From positions 1 to 38,735 of the forward strand of contig JBEWZL010000072.1 in the NCBI GenBank assembly GCA_045837725.1: a stretch of 38,735 bases of DNA. Reading direction: 5' to 3'. Positions within the stretch are counted from its first letter, which is position 1. Each line of letters opens with the position of its first letter. Positions 1 through 10,561 of this stretch are shown here, one piece after another. Under the pieces are notes generated by a model. It searched no databases. It was not told the DNA's origin and was given only the letters and a program-made list of their open reading frames with translations. A program made the translations under genes and the position numbers. Source of the DNA: Vermamoeba vermiformis (lineage: Eukaryota).

Positions 1-250
1 AATAACTCGCGCTGAACGGCTGTGGCGACCGTGGCACGTCACTGTCTGCTGTTCATAATCAACAATAAATAATATTACGACCCTTGTGGTCGATCTGTTG
101 CATTGCTAATGCGAAATAACACGGCTCAACCGTTTTCGCATCAGCTCTTAGATCCAAATAACTCGCGCTGGAACGGCTCTTATGCCGTGGCGCGTTACTT
201 TCAGCTGTATTAACAATAAACAAATAACTCGACCCTTGTGGTCGATCTGT
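1..250. repeat. Diverged direct duplication (~155-bp period), truncated by the window edge
   Basis: AATAACTCGCGCTG(G)AACGGCT occurs at 1 and 157. CGACCCTTGTGGTCGATCTGT occurs at 78 and 230. AACAATAAA is present in both copies. Confidence 0.75.
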
Positions 251-706
251 CAAAGTTTTTTCCGGAATTACTTGCCTCCAACGGTCACTTCCTTATTTAG
301 TCAAACCGACCTGCGTCGAGGTGAAAACCGACGTGCGTCGAACAACACGTGCTGCCAAAAAATTGTTTGTGCTGGGATAAATCCTGGCACTGCAGTGACA
401 AATTTACGCACGAAACTGGTGGGAATAAACACCCACCAACACCACGACCACCACAATGGTCATGTAATTAATTTTATTTTTAATTTTCTCGCGCTTATCG
501 TTGCGTTGTTGAATGCAACAGCAACAGTGGCTGTAACACGTTACCGGTTGTGCCGATCGGCTATCAGTTGCCAAAATGTGCTCGTACAGTCCGTAGTGCA
601 CTGAGGTGAGTTTTTCCAGCCTCAATTAAATAATTCCTGCTTGGGTAGAATTAATATTTAATATTAGTTTTTTCAGCCGATCGGTCGCTTGACCAGGTCA
701 ACCGCA

Positions 707-1079
707 ATGTTCTTCGAGCTCACTGCGGAGCTTCTGCAACGAAACTACAAAGGGCACCCTTTTAGGGTAGCCCAGCATTCGGTAAGCAAAATAATTTTAA
801 ATCTGTATTTTCAGATGCGCGGCATCTAACTAATTCACTGTTCGTGTAGGGCTGACCCCACGAAGTACGAACATATTGCATGTTAAAAGACTTGGAGTGG
901 TTACTGCTTGCAACTGAGCCTCGAGCACTCGGTAAGTCAGTTCGAATTAGTTTTTCACATCTCTAACGAATCTCCTAGTCCTGCACGTTCAATCAGAAGT
1001 TCTCATCATACCACGTACAACGAACTCTCACGCGTGGATACTTAATTTACGAATATGGTACAAGCTGCCGTTGGCGTAA
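707..1079 (+). pseudogene. Small spliced ORF remnant with an in-frame TGA (pseudogene or non-coding spliced transcript)
   Basis: Canonical GTAAG donors (782, 932) and CTAAC branch points before TAG acceptors. The joined exons read MFFELTAELLQRNYKGHPFRVAQHS-G*PHEVRTYCMLKDLEWLLLATEPRAL-VLHVQSEVLIIPRTTNSHAWILNLRIWYKLPLA*. No recognisable domain. Confidence 0.35.
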
Positions 1080-1135
1080 CGACCCAGGGTAAGTTAGTTT
1101 TTTCAGTAACAAATTTTGGACATTGTTTTTTTTCG

Positions 1136-1685
1136 ACATCGTCTCCCGCTGGAGACGACCTCTGTCGGACTTAGTTTTTTTTAGACATCGTCTCCCGCTG
1201 GAGACGACCTCCTACGACTTTATGCAAAAATGAATTTTCTTAGTGCGTGACCAGTGCGGTCACAAAGTTTTGGACTTTGTTTTTTTTTACATCGTCTCCT
1301 GCTGGAGACGACCTTGAAAGACTTAAATTTATTTTTGTTTGTGACCAGCGTGGTCACGAGGCCTTGGACTTAGTTTTTTTAGACATCGTCTCCCGCTGGA
1401 GACGACCTTACAGGACTTTAATTTTTAGTTCGTGACCAGTGCGGTCACGAAGTTTTGGACTTCGTTTTTTTTTAACATCGTCTCCCGCTGGAGACGACCT
1501 CGCAGGACTTAGTTTTTTTCAGATGTCGTCTCCCCATGGAGACGACCTCGTAGGACTTTAATTTTTTAGATCGTGACCAGTGTGGTCATGAAGTTTTGGA
1601 TTTTATTTTTCTTAATGCAGTTTTTGACTTAGATTTTTTTTACATTGTCTCCCTGTGGAGACGACCTATTGGACTTTAATTTTTA
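1136..1685. repeat. Hairpin repeat array A: 7 copies of TCGTCTCC-N4-GGAGACGA interleaved with 4 copies of CGTGACC-N5-GGTCACG, each followed by GGACTT and a T-run
   Basis: Copies of CATCGTCTCCCGCTGGAGACGACCT near 1137, 1186, 1289, 1384, 1476, 1523 and 1643. GTGACCAGTGCGGTCAC-type copies near 1246, 1341, 1431 and 1572. Confidence 0.92.
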
Positions 1686-1798
1686 GCTGTAGCTAACTCT
1701 TATTTTTAGGTTTTTAGTTGGTTATTGTAGCAGTAGAAATAATAAATGTCTTTAAATATATTTGTCTGTTTAAATGTTTAATTTATTAGTGTTCTCTC

Positions 1799-1950
1799 CG
1801 ACTTCATTAGTGCTTGGCTACTCTTGTTAGTGCTTGGTGACTCTCGTTAGCACTCGGCGACTCTCGTTAGCGCTCGGCAACTCTCATTAGTGCTTGGCGA
1901 CTCTCGTTAGAGCTTGATGACTCTCGTTAGCTCTCTGTGACTCTCGTTAC
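1799..1950. repeat. 20-bp tandem minisatellite (consensus ~CTCTCGTTAGCGCTCGGCGA), ~7-8 copies
   Basis: CTCTCGTTAG, CTCTTGTTAG and CTCTCATTAG recur every 20 bp. Most variants are CG->TG/CA changes. Confidence 0.85.
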
Positions 1951-2055
1951 CACTCTACAACTCTTGCTCACACTTGTGCAATTGCTCAATGTTGAACTCT
2001 TGGTTGAAAAACTGCCAGTACAGTGTGAATTTACAAAACTTTTCGGATAATTTTT

Positions 2056-2097
2056 AGGGCTAGCCCTGTTTGGCCAAGCCCTGTAGTATATATGAAT
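2056..2097. repeat. 42-bp terminal-like motif, copy 1 (AGGGCTAGCCCT palindrome ... CAAGCCC ... ATATATGAAT)
   Basis: 34/42 identical to 2815-2856. It begins with a perfect 12-bp palindrome. Confidence 0.8.
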
Positions 2098-2329
2098 CCT
2101 TTGGATTCGCGGATCGAAAGTTGACGGGCTATATTTTTATGTATAATAGTGAGACCCTCCAGTTTGTATTGGCAGTCTTGTTATTTTTACCTTTTTTTAT
2201 TTAGTTAACGGATTCGTCTTCGCACGCGGAGTGGACCTCAACGATTTCAGTTTTAACCATCTCCGTGCTGACATGACCAAGAGAAATGTTTGTACGCGGA
2301 GACGACCAGCGAGACATTCTTATTTTGTA

Positions 2330-2695
2330 GATCGTCTCCACGTGGAGACGACCTGCGAGACTTTGTTTTTTTAGGATCGTCTCCACGCGGAGATGACCTG
2401 TAGGACATCGTAGTTTTTTTAGGATCGTCTCCACGCGGAGACAACCTGCGAGACTTTGTTTTTTTTAGGATCGTCTCCACGTGGAGACGACCTGCGAGAC
2501 TTCGTAGTTTTTTAGGATTGTCTCCGCGTGGAGACGACCTGCGAGACTTTGTTTTTTTTAGGATTGTCTCCGCGTGGAGACGACCTGTAGGACTTTGTTT
2601 TTTTAGGATCATCTCCACGTGGAGACGACCTGCGAGACTTTGTTTTTTTATGAGATCGTCTCCACGTGGAGACGACCTGCAGGACTTAGTGTTTT
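2330..2695. repeat. Hairpin repeat array B: 8 full copies (45-48-bp period) of GATCGTCTCCACGTGGAGACGACCTGCGAGACTTTG(T)n
   Basis: Copies start at 2330, 2375, 2423, 2469, 2516, 2562, 2607 and 2654, plus a half copy at ~2293. The core TCGTCTCCACGTGGAGACGA is a perfect 20-bp palindrome. Confidence 0.95.
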
Positions 2696-2814
2696 TGAGC
2701 ATGTCATTCGGGGCGAGACTTCTTTTTTTCCCGTGGATAATTTTCCAAAGTAAAATTTTGCTTAAGTAAAAAATGATTGGGGTCGAAAATTCTTTATTTT
2801 TTTGAGGGGGTGTC

Positions 2815-2856
2815 AGGGCTAGCCCTATATGGGCAAGCCCACTTACATATATGAAT
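2815..2856. repeat. 42-bp terminal-like motif, copy 2
   Basis: Direct repeat of 2056-2097, 759 bp downstream. GGGCTAGCCC-TATAT-GGGCAAGCCC can form a 9/10-bp stem-loop. Confidence 0.8.
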
Positions 2857-2959
2857 ATTCATTTTTAAATATTTACAAAATTTCTATTCCCAATTTAATA
2901 TCGAAGTTAACAATGCAAATTACTTATTATTATCTATTTTTTTAATAACTTATAATTGC

Positions 2960-4100
2960 TTTATTAATGCCAAGAGCAGCTGCTGGAACTTCTTGGGCTG
3001 ATGGACTGGATGGGCAACGTCTTTAGCTATGGTGATCTTATTGTTGGTAGAAGTATTGGGAATTCTTCATTTGAGCGTAGTCCAAGGACTACAGTCTGCC
3101 AGGAATTCTGAAACCAGTGTTTCCTGGGAACGAGTTAGCCAAGAATTCTCCATTTGAGCATAGTCCAAGGACGCCAGAGAGTACCTCCCTGAGTGGATCT
3201 AGTTTTATTAATTTTATTTTTCAATGCATTATTTCCCACTGCATTCGTCACTTCTGAGTATTAAGCATGTGTATATGGATATATATATATAATCAACCAT
3301 CAGTATTGTTTGGAGTAGTGGTGAAGTTGGAGATCTGGTTAAAGTCAAGATATGTTGGATCTTGCAACCACAAACACCCACTCAACCCAGCCAAAACACA
3401 GCTGCAACCCATGACTTCTTCATCTTTAGTAGTAGTTCCACTTGTGCTAGGGACAACAGAGATGGATGAGAGATCAAATAATACACAACTGACCAACGAT
3501 TCAGCTTGATGTGGTCTGCTCCGAAATTTGTTGCACTGGACATTAGCTCAGTTGAACAACTACACTACCAAGGTGTTTGTAATTGATTTACCTCTTTTGC
3601 TTCTTTAACTTCCTTGGGTTTGTTCATGTCAACCAGTTCTTCAACCTCCTTCTTTTCTAATAGAAGCTCAGTCGGTCATTTTCAGATGGAATCAAGTGTG
3701 TCAGGAAGGAGGTAAGCCAATCTCCAGCAAGGTCTGTCTTTCTGTTGCTAATTTGACAAGGTTGTGAATATCTACTGACTTCTTTGTACAACAGGGGCAG
3801 AATTCTTGAGTAGCAGGGGTATTGGTGGCAGTAATGTTCCGAAGTGACACCAAATCAGAGCACATCACTGCAACAACTTTGAACTTTTGCCCTGACACAG
3901 CCTTTTCTTCAACTACAGATAGAGCAGCCAAATCTTTGGCATACTTTCTAGACTTTTTAACTGCTTGTGCTTCCGGCAGTTATAAAGGAAATGTTGAGTA
4001 GCACAATTGTGGAGTGAAGCCCAAGTTGATGGGGACAATTCCAATACAAACTCCTTGATTAGGCTGGTGTCCACTTAGTGGTACCTTTTAATTGCCCATT
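2960..4100 (-). pseudogene. Degenerate DDE transposase remnant (Transib/RAG1-like motif), with frameshifts and stops
   Basis: The minus strand reads ...GVCIGIVPINLGFTPQLCYSTFPL*LPE...FKVVAVMCSDLVSLRNITATNTPATQEFCPCCTKKSVDIH. This resembles the beta-strand-D...FCPxC segment around the second catalytic Asp of Transib/RAG1-type transposases. The region has in-frame stops and strong CpG depletion. Confidence 0.5.
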
Positions 4101-4173
4101 ATTTATTGTTAATTTGGGTGATATCGCTACCAAACTGTTTGTATTGAACAAAACACAGCGGTATAAATTGTTT

Positions 4174-4190
4174 CACAGCCAAAAATAATT
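4174..4190 (+). repeat. Left terminal inverted repeat
   Basis: CACAGCCAAAAATAATT is the exact reverse complement of 10562-10578. Confidence 0.9.
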
Positions 4191-4433
4191 ATATCCCAAA
4201 ACGACAAAAGGATATGATAAAAAGGAAACATATCCGGGGATAAAATTGCCGGGATAAACGAATGGATATAAAGGATAAAGATATCCGAGGATGAAGCAAG
4301 AAGGATGTAACGGGTGAGGATACGGTCAGAATAATAGGCTCGTTTACAGTGAATATTCGTTTATTTTACTAACTACAACTTGGATACATATATAATATTG
4401 GGTTACATAATAAAGATACATAATGAACTTGAC

Positions 4434-6166
4434 TTACTTCGACTTTGGCTTACGGAGGCGTGGCTCATCGTCGCTGCTATCGCTGAGACTTACTGACTCC
4501 TTGTCACCAGAATTATGACTCTCTTCACTGTCGCTCTCGTTGGCACTCTCATTGGCACTCTCGCTCTCGCTCTCGCTCTCGTCTTCGCTGTCTTGGTCGC
4601 TGCTCGAATCTAACAACCCGATCAGTAACGTGAGCGACCAAAGTCCATACCAGAGCTTACCCTCTTTTGAGCGCTTACTAGATTTGCTTTTGGATTGTTT
4701 ACCTGCAATAGTATGATTAGTTAATTGAACAATTGTGATGAGCGTAATAAATACCTTTTCGTTTCTTCGATTTGTTCTCTGATGAACTCAGCAATTAGAA
4801 CCAGCCGATAATAAACAGTTATTATACTTACTCTTATTAGTATTGCTCTTTTTCTTTCCCTTGGCACCTAAGACTAATTAGCCGAGCTCAAAATATCGTC
4901 CGTTGCGCACGCACCTTTAGTCTTCTTCTCCGACACTACAAAACGAAATTAGCAAACAGAATATCAATTATAATTACTTACTTGGCTTTTCAGTATGCGG
5001 CAAACAACCATGTTTGACCGCCAACGATTTTCTAGCAGTTTTATTTTTCTTCTTGAACTTGTCCAAGTCCGCCTTGGTTCCTTTCATTGCTTTCAATTGT
5101 TAGTACTTTGTAAACGATAACATATATAGGGCGTACTTATTTCACGAAGAGGCAGGCGTATAAAGTTGACCAACTCCTCCGTTGGATCGAACAAGCTGCT
5201 AACCGTCGAGTTCGGATCGATCACGAATTTGGCTGCTCTCTTGAGCCACTTCTTACCCTCCTCAGTTGTAAGATAATCTTCATTTTCCTTTAGGGCCTTC
5301 TTATGCTGCTTGGCGTCAGTTGCTTTGTTGACGAACGCAGGCAAGTCCGTTTTGAGAGTCTTGATCCGTTCGTTTGAGAAGAAATGGCTTAACTTGAACA
5401 AAATCATTAGCACTTGTGATAATAATTGTCCGACTTACATTTTTTGCAATAAAGTCAAAGTCTTTTTGGCCTAGTTGAGCAATTTCTCCGTTCGTAATTT
5501 TGCCGTTGAGCCAAGTACGGAGATCGTCAATCTCCCAGCCTGGATTGCTGGTGTAAATTGTTCTTTGGTATCTATCTTTGATATCTCTCTGTTATGCAAT
5601 TAGTTAGCAGGGCCAATCAACGGCTGATTCAACGTACCCAAACCTCGGCAGCAACATCACTTTTCTTCGCTATCGCTTCAATTGCTGTTTCTTCTTCATC
5701 TCGGACCTCTTGCAGTGTCAGTCCAGCAGCTTTGAGCGCAGACTTGCTGGTTACTCCACGTAACATGAAGCTGTAACCGAGAGCGAACTTCTTCTCTTCG
5801 ATCTCGGTCAATTCGGTCCTTAAGGTATGTTAATACAATAGAAGGAGGTTTAAATCGTTTGCTTACATAGCAGGGGGCTCTGCATCATCATCGATGACTA
5901 GTCTGTACGTTTTCTGCCTATAATAATAATTTCGGTTAATTTTAAATCCGGATTTAAAAACTAAAAGTAAACAGAATTGGACGATTTGCTATTATATAAG
6001 TGCCAGTAAATTGTTATTATAATATGTTTAAGGTTATAGACGAAAGCGAGCACCACATTAAAATTTTAATGTTTGCATTATTGGTGTGCGTTCGATCTAG
6101 CTCTTGTACGTACCTCTTTGGCTCAGGGTCGTCTTGGCTTTGCTCGGATTGCTTTCGCTTTGACAT
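4434..6166 (-). CDS. Transposon accessory protein of unknown function (multi-exon, Lys-rich, acidic Ser/Glu/Asp tail; possible TnpA analogue)
   Basis: ATG at 6166 (MSKRKQSEQSQDDPEPKR) followed by a GTACGT donor. Successive GT-AG-bounded exons match ORF pieces 5629-5811, 5093-5413 and 4434-4616. It has NLS-like basic stretches and lies inside the TIRs. Confidence 0.7.
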
Positions 6167-6267
6167 TGCCTCGTGTTGTGATCTAAAATAAAGAATTAGT
6201 GTTATAACCAAAAACGAGTTTGGCAAAATTTAAGTTTTTGCGGCAAATTCGAGTACCACCAAACGCC

Positions 6268-9200
6268 ATGTTACTTACGCATAAGAAGCTATTCTCTCCA
6301 TCTGAGAATAATGTTCGAATGTATACATGCAACCTTTGCGGTTTGGATGCATCGTATAAAGCTGTAGTGAACGAGACGCATCGTGCCGAACCATTACATT
6401 GTCAAATAATGATAGCCTATGGTAATATATTAGTAACGATAATATATATATTAATAAATTAATAGAGCAAGGGAAAATTGATGAGGCAATTGAACTTAGA
6501 AGGAACGCTCGAATTAATAATAATAATAATAACGAGAGCGATGGTAATGAAGACAATAATACAAGCAATATATATGACGAAGGTGCTATCGAAATGGATA
6601 TAAGTGTAGAAGAAAATATTCCTGCTTACCAAGAGGTTGAGCGGATCGCTGATCCAATGTTGAGTTTTCGAGGAAATTTGGCACCGCACCAAAGCCCTAA
6701 AACAGTTTGTGGCACAATATCTCTTCCAAGTGACAACTGGTAAACTGATGTCAGTTTTGAGTATGAATTTACGTAATTATAGGAGTATAAACGTACTGCT
6801 CGAGAAACTTGATGAAACGCACTACATGGCCCACTTTGAATCGGTTCCTAACGACCTGGCAAATGAATTGTTAATTGCAGAAGTGACAATAAGCGTTACA
6901 ATAAGAAGTGGTGGCGACCTCGTATGGACTGGATCACAACAACTGTTAGTGTCCGTGCACAACATCGTCAAAAAACAATTGCCATTCTCTACGACACGCG
7001 AAGTTGACGATTTTGAAGCCACTGTAATACAAGATGAATGTGTTCTTCATAGAGCATTCCAACAACCAGAAAAAAGGCCTATTGTGAAGGCTCGAGGACG
7101 ACCGCCAGAGTACATCAAATTCATCGATAGCAAGGCTCAAGACGCCATCACTAATTGGCGGCATCGTAACAATGTCAATGGTAAGCTCAAAAACTAATTT
7201 CGTTACTAACTAGAGTTCAGACACTGTGTATCAGGAACTCGTTGACCTTACACAACACTTTGACTTGACACATAGGAACGTCGCTGGAACGATTCACCTT
7301 GCGGACAAGTGTGACGAATTTATCCTTGATAGAATTCCGACACGCGAGTTCCAGTTTGATATAGACACCAAACCTGTGTTATATCATCATCCTCATGACA
7401 TATTAGAGTACGTCACAAAGAGAGGATTGTTCGACAAACATTGGGTTGAACGTGCCAACGATGACATCAAACACCCGTCCGGGTACGATGGATTCCACGA
7501 GTACGATACAGAGTTTGCACGCGAACTCGACTCTGGTAGTGCGGCGCTCGTACTGATCAACTTGTGGGTTGATGGATTCGATGCAATCAAACAGCAGAAC
7601 TTTTGTTCCATTTACATATCTTTTGCAAATATCGGGGTTGAAGTAGGTTCGCAATTAACTAATTTAGTCACTGACGATACTTGTTCAGGATTACAAGAAA
7701 AACGATACAAGATTTGACATCATCACTCTCGGCAAAGATTTAGTAAAGCGAAAATTGGAATTCATCGACCGGACTCTCGTTCAATACTTTAGCGATCTCG
7801 AGAACAAGAAGGCGCCTCCAATTATCTTTAAAGGTAAAACTGTCTTACCTGTTGGTGGGCTTCATATGATCAAGTCAGACCATCCTGGGCGGTGCGAACT
7901 TGCTGGACTCGTAGTGCAAAGCGGAGACTTCTCATCTTTCTACACCGAGACTCCAAACTGGGAGTTCAGAAATTTAGATTATCAACATAGAGTATTTCGG
8001 CGACTTGAATATTGTAAGTTGTTAGTATTTACCTTGAAGTATCTCACATTTAGAACCGTAGCACTCAATGTCATCAATGACATGGTTGCACATAGCGATG
8101 ATCTCGACATTATCAAAGCAACTCAGAAAACCACTGGCTTTACAGTTAAAAAGGTTAGGGATAGCTCGATATCATATTCGACTTACAGTTGAGTAGAGCA
8201 TATTTTGGAAACTGCGTGTCTTCGCTCGAAGATTCTTTGAACGATTTGGAGTTTGCTCTCTTCACTTGATCTCCTTAGGATTCATTAAGCAATGCTCTGA
8301 GTTGCTCGGTCATTTAAAGCTTGCCTATGCTAAGCAAATGTCACCGTCCAAGTATCGAAAGGCAATGAACAAAGCAATCAAAGCTCTCGAGACGCCCAAT
8401 CATCTGACAACAATATCGTTTGATGTCTATAAAAGTTCAAAGAGTAAGTACTTGATCCGTTGACTCGTATAATGAATAGCTGTTCTGATCCGATCTGATC
8501 AGATCTGATCCAATCTGAGCAATTTGTTTCGTTCGAATAAGTCATTACTTACTTTTCTTTTATCAGATAATAGCACCAAATATACGGGACGACTATCGGG
8601 CAAGATGTGGCGTACCTACGGACATTTATCAATAATCGCTCATCGAAAGTAAGCTGGTTGTGTCGTGTAACTTGTACTTACCATGATCAGGTTACTGAAA
8701 GCGGAAAGATACGTGCTATGGACTCGTATTATGAATGGACTGCTTGCTATTCTAGACCGACAGTGGACAAGGATCGAATTGCAAGCTGACGGTGTGATGG
8801 AAAGATTGGTTTATCAGATTAGAGCAGACATGATCGTATGGCCTATAATATAATGTTAATACCTAACGTACTTCAGGCATTGTTTCCGAATTGCAAATTT
8901 ACCAATCCAAACTTCGAAACTTTGTTCGCCGTACCTGCTCAGATCCGATTCCTTGGACCACTCTGGTTTCAATCCACGAGCTCTGAAGAAGGAACCAATA
9001 AGAACAAACGAAAAGCAGCGCACTACTCGAATTACAAAAACACTTGTAATGATATTCTAATTCAAGTACGTAACTGGATCTTCACATATTAAAAGTAACT
9101 TACCTTTGCAAGAATGAGAATATGAGGGCCGCAAGAATGAAAACATATGTCAACGACGATGGTTTAGTCCAATCAGCAGCCGAACACTTCTCTTCTAGAC

Positions 9201-9830
9201 AACACCGGATGAATCAAAAGAGGTAACAAGACACGTGCACACAAAGTACTAATAGCAACTCTAGTGATTTTGATCTATTAAAGATAATTAATGCTATGGA
9301 TTTATCAAAAAGAGATCGAAGAAGGATTGAGGAGATTTACGACAATGACGAGGGCAACCAGAACGTGACAGCCACTCGCATCCGAAAAACTGTCTCTTAC
9401 AAAGGTAATTCTATCATTTAGTACTTACGCTTACTTGCACCAGGGTTCTACTTCCAAAAAAGGAAGATAATGAAATCGCCATCAACTGGGCTAAGACTAA
9501 CGGTGTGTACTTGGATCGCGCGAATGACGCGCACTACTAACTCGTTAATTGACAGTACCAAGGAACAGTATTTGAAGGTCTAATTCATTCTCTATTCGAA
9601 ACAAATATTAGAGAATATAGAAATGAAGGTAGGACTACTCAGAAACCGTACCGATTTGTTTGGCTCAAGCTTCTCGACATGGACGATGATGAGATGGCAA
9701 TTGTGCGAAGAGGGCGATACCAGACAACACGTATCAAATATTTCCGTTAGGATGGGGAGGTAGCACGATCGAGCAACAAATCTTGATTCTTAAGTCAGTT
9801 GGTAACGAATTATTTGTAATAAATGAGTGA
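6268..9830 (+). CDS. CMC/EnSpm-type DDE transposase (multi-exon) with an N-terminal C2H2-like zinc finger
   Basis: Zinc finger YTCNLC...H...H. D1 in LINLWVDGF, D2 in LHMIKSDHPGRCELAG (D-x-P-x-R), a CxxH motif in GVCSLHLISLG, and E in FLGPLWFQSTSSEEGTN (GP...E-x-x-N). The exons I checked join in frame across short GT-AG introns. Stop TGA at 9828-9830. Confidence 0.82.
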
Positions 9831-10442
9831 CGTACGTCATCGTAATTTCAAAGGCAATGTTATCCAAGCAAGCAATTCCGGGCAAGCAATAGGGCTGTAA
9901 AAGGTCGAGGGTGTCGTCCTTAATAGTATTCCCAAAGTAATGTTGGATGCAAAATTCGCCAAGTCCTAATTTTTCGTTGACAAAGTGGCGGATCGGATCC
10001 CGAAATAAACCCTATTAATTAACATTAATTAAAGCATCAAAATACTATAAACACCTTATACGTACCAAAATATTAACTGTCCTCGCTGTTCGTTCGCGCC
10101 ACAGGCGGATGTCGATCGAAGTGTCTCACTGATCTTAACTCGATCAAACGTCCTAATAATTACATTAATGATCAATTTTAACTGATAATATTACATATAA
10201 AATATTATTTTAATTTATATCCCTCAAGACGGGCCGATCTGAATTTTTCTGTGATCACAGAAATTACAAATAAAATTCAAAATTTATTTCGCGTTACCTT
10301 TATCACCACTCGTCTTCAGAAGGGTCAAAACAATATCCTTCGCTATTCGTATCTTAAAATTCCACGTTGATGAAGCAGATTCGCTACCCCAAATCCACGA
10401 GCAAACCAAACAAACGACTTCGAGCAAACCGCCTTCGGGGAT

Positions 10443-10507
10443 CGATAGCCACCTGGTCACATCAAATAATATCTACGGAGACTTGATCTCTCCGTAGTGG
10501 TCTATCG
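10443..10507. other. Nested stem-loop ~55 bp inside the right TIR
   Basis: A perfect 9-bp stem CTACGGAGA/TCTCCGTAG (10473-10497) is enclosed by CGATAGCCA/TGG(T)CTATCG. Confidence 0.5.
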
Positions 10508-10561
10508 TTGGTACCGTGGAAATACCCGGTTTATCCTGTCCAAAAACAGCCGGGGATGGCG

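Noticed and set aside
853..855. In-frame TGA as selenocysteine
   Set aside because: No recognisable selenoprotein motif or SECIS element. CpG decay (CGA->TGA) is evident nearby and is the simpler explanation.
1136..2695. CRISPR array (palindromic ~25-bp repeats at regular spacing)
   Set aside because: The spacers are homologous, T-rich and short rather than unique. There are no cas genes, and the context is intron-rich eukaryotic DNA.
2201..2769. ORFs 2201-2434, 2253-2702 and 2518-2769 as proteins
   Set aside because: They are translations of the tandem palindromic repeat, whose unit length varies by non-multiples of three.
4169..4173. Target-site duplication for the 4174-10578 element
   Set aside because: The left flank (TGTTT) and right flank (TGAAG) share no matching 2-5-bp duplication adjacent to the termini.
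8484..8520. 10-bp GATCTGATCC-type micro-repeat
   Set aside because: A short intronic slippage repeat with no evidence of function.
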